Origin: Methanobacteriota archaeon
GTDB taxonomy: Archaea; Hydrothermarchaeota; Hydrothermarchaeia; Hydrothermarchaeales; JACRDW01
DNA length: 15,287 nucleotides
NCBI GenBank assembly: GCA_043820925.1
Contig: JBDRDL010000070.1
Span: 1-15,287, forward strand
Direction: 5' to 3'
How positions within the stretch are numbered: position 1 is the first letter of the stretch; every line of letters begins with the position of its first letter. A model generated the notes under the pieces. That model was not told the DNA's origin, did not search any database, and saw nothing but the letters and a program-made list of their open reading frames with translations. This document shows positions 7,717 to 14,495 of this stretch, in pieces. The position numbers and the translations under genes were made by a program.

Positions 7717-8283
7717 ATGATAAATCAAAAAATCATTAAAGCATTAAAAATAATAAATCAAAAATTAAAAGACCAAAAAATTAAATGGGTTTTAGTCGGG
7801 AGCACAAGTTTAGCTTTGCAGGGAGTAAAAATTAAACCAAAGGACATTGATATTTTAACGAACAGAGAAGGAGCATACGAAGTCAACAAACTATTAAAAG
7901 AGTATGAAATTAAGCCTATAAAATTTGGAAAGTCCAATGTGTTTCAATCATATCTTGGGGAGTTCAGAGTCAATAAAATAAAAGTTGAAGTTATGGGAAA
8001 TCTAAAAGAAAAGATAGGGGGCAAATGGGAAAGTCTCTCTCCAAGATTAAAATCTCCAAAAATTATTAAGATAGAAGGAATGAATTTGCCTGTTTCTCCG
8101 CTAAAAGAGCAGCTGAAATCGTACAAATTTCGTGGAAGAAAAAAAGATTCTATTCGAGTTCAAAGGATTAAAGAAGCTTTGAAAAGGCGGGCGAAGGTGC
8201 GAAGCACCGAAGCCAGATACGCTCTGTTAGGCGATGTAAATCTGATTTTATCCTCATGTACTCAATTATTTAGGCTGTTTTAA
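7717..8283 (+). CDS. Pol-beta-like nucleotidyltransferase (aminoglycoside/lincosamide adenylyltransferase-like); tail probably read-through
   Basis: WVLVGSTSLALQGV...PKDIDILT (GS + DxD) and KVEVMG. Strongly A-rich. After IKEALK (~8185) the frame runs through the attC-like site and overlaps the convergent MFS stop. Confidence 0.7.
   Translation: MINQKIIKALKIINQKLKDQKIKWVLVGSTSLALQGVKIKPKDIDILTNREGAYEVNKLLKEYEIKPIKFGKSNVFQSYLGEFRVNKIKVEVMGNLKEKIGGKWESLSPRLKSPKIIKIEGMNLPVSPLKEQLKSYKFRGRKKDSIRVQRIKEALKRRAKVRSTEARYALLGDVNLILSSCTQLFRLF
8186..8244 (-). mobile_element. Truncated attC-like site (R'', L'' and start of the central region)
   Basis: Minus strand after the MFS stop: GCCTAAC (RYYYAAC, 8232-8226), 5-nt spacer, GTATCTGGC (8220-8212), then the hairpin GGTGC-GAA-GCACC (8196-8208 on +). 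The distal L'/R' arm is absent. Confidence 0.65.
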
Positions 8284-9492
8284 TAGAAAAATTGCAATTG
8301 CTATTCCAATAATTGCAAGTGCCGCTGTCGGATAGAAGGCGTAAATATAGCTACCAAATATATCTCTAAGTCTTCCGGATATTAAAGTCCCTGATATTGC
8401 ACCGACACCGTATGCGGTGAACGTTACACCATAGTTTTTACCATGGTGTTTAGTTCCAAAGAATGTTGCTGTAGAAGTAGGTGCTATTGCTAACCATCCA
8501 CCCAGACATAACCAGAAGCAACAGAAACATAACATGTATAAGACTATTTCTGTTTCACCAGCATTTAACATTCCTATTGAAGCCAAGAATATTAATATGA
8601 AAGATATTATCGCTGAGCATCTTGGAGTAAGTCTATCAGTAAGCCAGCCAAATAACGGTCTCCCTATTCCATTAAATACAGCAAAGACTGAGATTGCTAT
8701 TGCTGCTGTTGCTGGATCCAATTTAATAATCTCTTGTCCGACTGAGCTTGAAATTCCTATTGCCATGAGTCCACTTAAAGTTCCAATTACATAACAGGAC
8801 CACAACCCATAGAAAGTTGAAGTTTTAAGCATTTTAGAAGTCTCCAAATCTACAATAGATGTAGCAGCTTCAGAAGGCGTCCATCCAGTAGGCTTCCAAT
8901 CAGGTGGTGGGAACTTCAGAGGCATTGCTAATAAAATAATGAGTATGAGGAAGAGCGCTCCCAAAATTCCAAATGTCTGAAGCGGTCCGTATAAATCAAT
9001 AAGCATTCTTGCCAAAGGAGCGGTTATAAAAGGAGATAATCCAAATCCCATTATTGTCAAACCAACTGCTAATCCTTTTTTATCCGGAAACCATCTCGTT
9101 GATAGTGCAATTGGTGCTCCATAAACTACACCTACTCCCCCTCCGGCAATTAGACCATAACTAATCGTCGACATCGTTATACCTGATGCAAAACTGGTTG
9201 ATATCCAACCAATACCAACTAATGCTCCACCTAATATTGTTATGATTCTCGGACCATATTTATCTAAGAGACCTCCTGCAAATGGCATCAATATTGCAAA
9301 AAATGCTAGAAAGAACATAAATGGCAATCCACTTTCGGTTGCACCTACATTAAATATTTGTTCTAACGGCTTTCTAAAAACACTCCAAGAATATACACTG
9401 CCTAAACATAGATTTATTATTAATCCAATTGCAACGAAAATCCATCGCCCCTTCTCTGCTGGCATTCCAAAAACTTTTATTTCTTTAGCCAT
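8266..9492 (-). CDS. OFA-family (oxalate:formate antiporter-like) MFS transporter
   Basis: About 12 TM segments. LCLGSVYSWSVF, G.LLDKYGPR, RWFPDKKGLAVG...GFG, FNGIGR..FGWLTDR, FFG.KH.GKNYG..FTAYGVG. SD GGGGAG before the ATG. AT-richer than the mqn/feo genes. Confidence 0.85.
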   Translation of the reverse strand: MAKEIKVFGMPAEKGRWIFVAIGLIINLCLGSVYSWSVFRKPLEQIFNVGATESGLPFMFFLAFFAILMPFAGGLLDKYGPRIITILGGALVGIGWISTSFASGITMSTISYGLIAGGGVGVVYGAPIALSTRWFPDKKGLAVGLTIMGFGLSPFITAPLARMLIDLYGPLQTFGILGALFLILIILLAMPLKFPPPDWKPTGWTPSEAATSIVDLETSKMLKTSTFYGLWSCYVIGTLSGLMAIGISSSVGQEIIKLDPATAAIAISVFAVFNGIGRPLFGWLTDRLTPRCSAIISFILIFLASIGMLNAGETEIVLYMLCFCCFWLCLGGWLAIAPTSTATFFGTKHHGKNYGVTFTAYGVGAISGTLISGRLRDIFGSYIYAFYPTAALAIIGIAIAIFLLKQPK

Positions 9493-9506
9493 ACTTCATC
9501 TCCCCA

Positions 9507-9560
9507 CAGATTTATTTCGCCTAACTCCTTTATATCTGCAATATTTCGTCTATACCTCCA
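9507..9560 (-). mobile_element. Integron recombination junction upstream of the cassette gene (attI-like, or the distal half of an attC)
   Basis: Minus strand GCAGATAT-AAAGGA-GTTAGGC-GAAATAAATCTG. The GTTRRRY core (9525-9519) begins 33 nt before the ATG, and the preceding box is complementary to the L''-like box at 8212-8220. Confidence 0.55.
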
Positions 9561-9659
9561 ATTCGTGTAATGCGAAGCCGGAATAAAGCCAAGCATCTCG
9601 TCCATTCCGAAGCAATAAGTTTTGCTGATGAAGCTGCTTCATTCTTCCATCTGCCGCTA

Positions 9660-11120
9660 TTAATCAATCCCCAGCTCCTTCCACATTTTCTCCACCTTCT
9701 CCTTAACCTCTTCGCTCATCTCTATTTCGTCAGGCCACTCCCTTTCAAAGCCTTCCTCTCTCCATTTTTTCGTTGCGTCTATGCCCATCTTTGAGCCGAG
9801 GTTAGGTAAAGGAGTAGCATGGTCGAGAGAGTCGGCAGGCGCTCCCTCGATTATGGTTATATCTCTCTTTGGATCTATCCTGTTCGAGACCGCCCATAAA
9901 ACCTCTCCGAGGTTTTGCACGTTTACGTTTTCATCGACGACGATAATCGTCTTGGTAAACATCATCTGCCCCGTGCCCCAGAGAGCAAACATGACTTTTT
10001 TCGCATGCCCGGGGTACTGCTTCTTTATCGAGACAATTGCAAGGTTGTGAAATACGCCTTCGATTGGGAGATTTATATCCACGATTTCAGGCAGCTGCAT
10101 TTTAATTAAGGGCAAAAAGATGCGCTCAATAGCCTTGCCGATATGTGAGTCCTCCATCGGAGGCTTGCCAACAACTGTAGCAGGATAAATCGGATTCTTC
10201 CTGTGCGTTATGCAGGCAACGTGAAATACAGGATACAAATCTGCGAGGGAATAGTAGCCCGTGTGGTCGCCGAAGGGTCCTTCAATGCGGCGCTCTTTTG
10301 GATTTACGTAGCCCTCTAAAATTATCTCGGCATTCGCAGGAACTTCTAAATCTACTGTTTCGCACTTCACGAGCCCAACTGGCTTCTTTCGCAGAAAGCC
10401 TGCGAACAGCATTTCGTCGAAGCCTTCTGGCAATGGCGCAGTCGCAGAGAATATCGTGGCAGGGTCGCCTCCCAGCGCAACCGCAACCTCAAGAGGTTCG
10501 TTTCTTTCCTCTGCCCTGCGGTAGTGTGCGGCTCCGTGCTTGTGCACATGCCAGTGCATGCCTGTCGCAGCCTTGTCATAGACTTGCATTCGATACATGC
10601 CGCAGTTGCGCTCACCTGTTTCAGGGTCTTTAGTGAAAACGAGAGGCAGAGTTATGAATTTTCCTGCATCATTTGGCCAGCACTTCAATATGGGAAATTT
10701 GTTTAAATCAACTTCTTCGCCTTTAAGAACAACTTCCTTGCAGGGAGCGTCTCTGACAATTTTCGGCGGAAAGGAAAAAACTTCTTTTAATTTTGCAGCG
10801 CTTTTTATCTTGCCCAGAAGCGAGGGGGGTATATCAGGTTTCAGTAGCTCAACCAGACTCTTACCTATGCTTTCAAAATTCTCGGTTTCGAGAGCAAGCT
10901 TCATTCTATCCATAGAGCCGAAGAGATTTGCAGCTACAGGGATGTCATAACCTTTTACGTTTTCGAAAAGCAGCACAAGGCTATTGCTCTTCGATGTTCT
11001 GTCTAAAATTTGAGTAATCTCCAGCTCTGGGCTGACCTCTGTTTTAATTCTTCGCAGCAGTTTTTTTTTCTCCAGAACTTCAATAAAATCTCTCAAATCC
11101 AAATATGCCATCCTATTCAC
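9660..11120 (-). CDS. ubiD: UbiD-family prFMN-dependent decarboxylase, probably the menaquinone-pathway MqnL
   Basis: DLRDFI..LE, RNCGMYRMQV, GMHW..HKHGA, EGPFGDHTGYY, ATVVGKPPMED, KKQYPGHAKKVM...WG.GQMMFTK, D.LDHA...GSKMGIDAT. GTG 11120 overlaps the upstream stop (GTGA). ATG 11111 is an alternative start. Confidence 0.92.
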   Translation of the reverse strand: MNRMAYLDLRDFIEVLEKKKLLRRIKTEVSPELEITQILDRTSKSNSLVLLFENVKGYDIPVAANLFGSMDRMKLALETENFESIGKSLVELLKPDIPPSLLGKIKSAAKLKEVFSFPPKIVRDAPCKEVVLKGEEVDLNKFPILKCWPNDAGKFITLPLVFTKDPETGERNCGMYRMQVYDKAATGMHWHVHKHGAAHYRRAEERNEPLEVAVALGGDPATIFSATAPLPEGFDEMLFAGFLRKKPVGLVKCETVDLEVPANAEIILEGYVNPKERRIEGPFGDHTGYYSLADLYPVFHVACITHRKNPIYPATVVGKPPMEDSHIGKAIERIFLPLIKMQLPEIVDINLPIEGVFHNLAIVSIKKQYPGHAKKVMFALWGTGQMMFTKTIIVVDENVNVQNLGEVLWAVSNRIDPKRDITIIEGAPADSLDHATPLPNLGSKMGIDATKKWREEGFEREWPDEIEMSEEVKEKVEKMWKELGID

Positions 11121-11545
11121 CTATCGCAGCATTCTCCTTTAGGAATATCGTTTCCATGAGGGCATTTCCTTGGGTGGTTTAGAGAAGTGCACACTGCATC
11201 TGCTATTTCCTCTGAGATATGGTGCTCCATACCGCACACGTTCTCGTGCACGTTCTTATCTAATTTCATGTTCAGTATATCTGTGAGCAGCAACTCGGAT
11301 AGTCTGTGATTTCTTACGACTTGCCTTGCTGCGCTCCTTCCATTCTTGGTCAGGCTTACTCCAACCCTCGCCTCATATTTAACTAGATTCATTGCTTCCA
11401 TTTTTTTGAGCATTTCAACAGCGCTGGGCGGCGAAATCTTGAGCTCCTCAGATATCTCAGTGATTTTTACTACATTTCTGCCTTTCTCCTCAAATATCCA
11501 CAGGTGCTCGAGGTATTCCTCTATGCTTTCCGTTACGCTCTTCAT
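11117..11545 (-). CDS. DtxR/MntR-family metal-dependent repressor, short form without SH3/FeoA domain
   Basis: EEYLEHLW, HTH ISEELKISPPSAVEMLKKM, LT..GR..A..VVRNHRLSE, VH...C.MEH, CPHGNDIP. ATGA overlap with the upstream gene. Confidence 0.88.
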   Translation of the reverse strand: MKSVTESIEEYLEHLWIFEEKGRNVVKITEISEELKISPPSAVEMLKKMEAMNLVKYEARVGVSLTKNGRSAARQVVRNHRLSELLLTDILNMKLDKNVHENVCGMEHHISEEIADAVCTSLNHPRKCPHGNDIPKGECCDR

Positions 11546-12198
11546 GTCTTCATCCGTTTTTTCACATAAATTTCTCTCGCAATTTCTTCATCTATCGCAA
11601 GCTCGGTTTCCCCTATTTTTATAACAAACGAGGGGCGCTTCTGATGCAGCTTAATCGTGCTTCCCGGAATTACTCCAAGCGAGCCTAGCCTGTCCAATCT
11701 AGTGTGCTCTTTGGGTACGATAAAAACGATTCTGCCCGCATCTCCGGGCTCTAAATCCCGCAGAGGCATTACCAACGGCTTGGCTTCTGTCTTGAATTTT
11801 ACACAGCACTCTCCTCGAGGAATAGGATTGCCGTGAGGGCACAGCGGTGGGTGCCCTAAAAAAGCGCATACGCTGTCTGTAACTTCTGGACTGAGAATAT
11901 GCTCGAATTTACATGCCTCTGGATGTATATGCTTCTCTTCCAGCTCAAATACCTCGGAAAGCAGTCTCTCTGCAAGACGATGCCTGCGAATAATTTCTCT
12001 TGCCCACGTCTCGCCCTCTCTTGTCAGGGTTATCTCGTTGCCTTTTATTTGCACGAGAGTTCGCCGCTCCATTTCCCCGAGCGTGCTCTCCGCATCTTCT
12101 TCTCTTGCATTTTCAAGAACTTGCCTTAGCTCATCTCTTCCAGTCTCTCTCAGAATCCATATCAATTCAAGCATCTCGTCGATCTTATGCTCTTCCAT
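11542..12198 (-). CDS. DtxR/IdeR-family repressor with a C-terminal FeoA (SH3-like) domain
   Basis: IIRRHRLAERLL, IHPEACKFEHI (compare DtxR H98-C102-E105-H106), CPHGNPIP, then FeoA-like RL..LGVIPGS.I...Q..P...I.IGETELAI..EIA..IYV. ATG 12198 has an SD-like GAGGG and avoids overlap (track start 12231). Confidence 0.88.
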   Translation of the reverse strand: MEEHKIDEMLELIWILRETGRDELRQVLENAREEDAESTLGEMERRTLVQIKGNEITLTREGETWAREIIRRHRLAERLLSEVFELEEKHIHPEACKFEHILSPEVTDSVCAFLGHPPLCPHGNPIPRGECCVKFKTEAKPLVMPLRDLEPGDAGRIVFIVPKEHTRLDRLGSLGVIPGSTIKLHQKRPSFVIKIGETELAIDEEIAREIYVKKRMKT

Positions 12199-12208
12199 TT
12201 CAAACCCT

Positions 12209-12469
12209 CTATTTGAATATCTTCCTTTCACGTCTGAAAATTTTGCTTTGCAAAATTTTCTTCGTGAAAAAATTTACTATTTTTGATTCTTCTACAAATT
12301 GATAATTGCAGTTCGGGCAGCAGAGAGTGTTGCAAGTACCAGTGCTCACCGGGCAGCCTCTGCATTTCATTTCTTCTCTCGAAAACTCAAATCCGCAGAG
12401 TGGGCATTTCAATCCACTTCGCACTTCGTGCTCGTGTCTTGACCCAACCGAATTGTTCGCTTCGTTCAC
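12209..12469 (-). CDS. Small Cys-rich protein directly after feoB (FeoC-like position)
   Basis: CPLC-x10-CRGC-x6-C-x3-CCPNC (8 Cys). GTG start overlaps the feoB stop (GTGA). Confidence 0.7.
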   Translation of the reverse strand: MNEANNSVGSRHEHEVRSGLKCPLCGFEFSREEMKCRGCPVSTGTCNTLCCPNCNYQFVEESKIVNFFTKKILQSKIFRRERKIFK

Positions 12470-14436
12470 AAGCTCACCCCGAAGTATCGAAGCAGGAAGT
12501 TCAAAGCGCCACCGACTAAAAAAGCGAATGGAAATATGAAAGCTACTATTGCCAGAGCAGTTTTTAGTCCACGCTCCTTGACCATCATGAAAAACTGGGC
12601 TATGCAGGGAACGAATAGAGTGATTGTAACCAGACTGACAACTATTTGAGTAGGGTCAAGCAGGCCTTTCTCTGCAAGGACGAATAGACCTGCTGCGCCG
12701 TAATCTCTGCGCAGGAAACCTATGACAAAAGCTTCGGTAGCTTTTACAGGCAGCCCCAAAAAGCTGACCACCACAGGACCTGCTGCAACCTCGATTATTT
12801 TCAAGAGCCCTATCTTGTCAAATGTGAACAAAACAAATGTGCCTAAGATAAAAAGAGGCACAGCTTCTCTCAGATACCATTCCACCCTCGCCAGCGTTTT
12901 GACAGCTATATTCGAGACCTTTGGTATGCGCAGCGGAGGAATCTCGAGAACGAAATCCGAGGGCTCTCCTGGTATCACCTTCGAGGCGAGATAGCCAACT
13001 AGCAGCATTACCAGGATTACTACTCCCGCCCAGATGTACATCGCTTTAGCTGAAAGCCCGCCAAGCATGCCCAGAATTACCCCAAGCTGCGCAGAGCAGG
13101 GTACACCGAGAGCGAGAAGGAGCGTGACGATAATTCTATCTTTTTTTGTCTCCAGTATTCTGGCAGTCATCGTCGCCATTGTACTGCAGCCCAAGCCCAG
13201 AACCATAGGCAGTACCGCCTTGCCGTTTAACCCGATTGCCTTGAAAACTCTGTTACTGGCTATTGCAAGTCTCGGCAGGTAGCCAGTATCTTCAAGAAAG
13301 CCGAAGAACATAAAAAAAGTGCCGACTATCGGAAGAACTATCGCAAGGGCGTAGGTCAAAGCCATGGTAATTAATCCATATTCTCCAACCAGCAATTCCT
13401 GAAGAAGCGTTACTGGAATGAAACTTGCCAGATTTACAGCCAGAGGATTCAAGTATCTTCCGAACACAACACTCTCCAGAAAACCAACCAAAGTTCCTGC
13501 TCCGAATTGTCCAACAAACTTGTACATAAGATACAAAACGAGCAAGAGAATTGGCATTCCCCAGAACGGATGCATGGTTAGATTTCCAAGTTTCTCGGAT
13601 AGCGTGCCAATTCTTGCTTCCTCTGCTGCCAAAACTTGCTTCAGAATTTCATCCACTGCTCTAAATCTCTGTTGAGTTATTACATATCCCATCGGCTCTT
13701 GATATTTAGAGCATACTTCGTTGGTTATTTTCTCAATTTCGTCGAGGCTTTTTCTGTCTATTTTTCCTAAAAGCCATTCCCTTAAACTTGCATCACCGGC
13801 GAGCAGCATTAAAACAATGCTTCTCTTAGATATCGCAGCGCTTGGCAGAAATTCTTCGAGTCTTTGTACGGCAGTTTCTATGGTTTGGTCATAGCTCATT
13901 TTATAAGTGGAAAGCTTGGGTTCAGAAAGACTTCGTATAAGCTGCGCCAAGCCATGTTTCTGTACCGCAATGGTCGGAACTACTTCAATTCCAAGAATTT
14001 GAGAAAGTTTCTCAGCATCGATAGATATTCTGCGCTCTCTGGCCTCGTCAACCATGTTTAAATCCAGGACGAAGGGAAGCTCCATCTCCGCAAGCTGAAG
14101 AGAAATCAACAGGGCTCTCCTCAGGTTTTTCGCATCCGCAATCTGGAGTACTGCATCGATTTTTTCTTTAAGAAGTATATCCCTGGTAACCATCTCGTCC
14201 TCGCTCATTGGAACGAGATTGTTTATACCTGGGGTATCGATGAGCTCGTACTTTACATCTTCAAGCGTTCTCACCGCTCTTGCTACCTCTACCGTAGTGC
14301 CGGGATAGTTCGACACCATTGCATAGCGTCCGCTGAGTAAACCGAATACCACGCTCTTGCCGACGTTTGGATTGCCTATGACTGCGATTTTCGGCAGATT
14401 CGAGGCTGCTCTTGCATGCTCGTGCACATCAACCAC
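12466..14436 (-). CDS. feoB: Ferrous iron transporter FeoB
   Basis: G1 GNPNVGKS, G2 NYPGTT, G3 DTPG, G4 NMVD. Membrane domain with LEDTGYLPR, GLGCS, VPCSAQL, F.LEIPPLR.P, LFVPCIA. Confidence 0.95.
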   Translation of the reverse strand: MVDVHEHARAASNLPKIAVIGNPNVGKSVVFGLLSGRYAMVSNYPGTTVEVARAVRTLEDVKYELIDTPGINNLVPMSEDEMVTRDILLKEKIDAVLQIADAKNLRRALLISLQLAEMELPFVLDLNMVDEARERRISIDAEKLSQILGIEVVPTIAVQKHGLAQLIRSLSEPKLSTYKMSYDQTIETAVQRLEEFLPSAAISKRSIVLMLLAGDASLREWLLGKIDRKSLDEIEKITNEVCSKYQEPMGYVITQQRFRAVDEILKQVLAAEEARIGTLSEKLGNLTMHPFWGMPILLLVLYLMYKFVGQFGAGTLVGFLESVVFGRYLNPLAVNLASFIPVTLLQELLVGEYGLITMALTYALAIVLPIVGTFFMFFGFLEDTGYLPRLAIASNRVFKAIGLNGKAVLPMVLGLGCSTMATMTARILETKKDRIIVTLLLALGVPCSAQLGVILGMLGGLSAKAMYIWAGVVILVMLLVGYLASKVIPGEPSDFVLEIPPLRIPKVSNIAVKTLARVEWYLREAVPLFILGTFVLFTFDKIGLLKIIEVAAGPVVVSFLGLPVKATEAFVIGFLRRDYGAAGLFVLAEKGLLDPTQIVVSLVTITLFVPCIAQFFMMVKERGLKTALAIVAFIFPFAFLVGGALNFLLRYFGVSL

Positions 14437-14445
14437 TTTTTAAAA

Positions 14446-14473
14446 TTAGGTTTACCTTATTAGGCAAGCCTAA
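14446..14473. promoter_or_regulatory. Two abutting DtxR/MntR-type operator boxes
   Basis: TTAGG-TTTA-CCTTA (14446-14459) and TTAGG-CAAG-CCTAA (14460-14473), within 10 nt of the feoB start. TTAGG...CCTAA are the ends of the DtxR consensus, and two DtxR genes are in the operon. Confidence 0.75.
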
Positions 14474-14480
14474 CTTATGC

Positions 14481-14487
14481 AAAAAAA
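14481..14487 (-). terminator. Oligo(T) tract after the MFS gene (possible archaeal intrinsic terminator)
   Basis: T7 on the minus strand, 8 nt after the stop at 14496. Confidence 0.35.
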
Positions 14488-14495
14488 TTAGAATT

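Noticed and set aside
14468..14474. GCCTAAC as another attC core
   Set aside because: It is part of the TTAGGC-AA-GCCTAA DtxR-type palindrome and has no L box or partner site.
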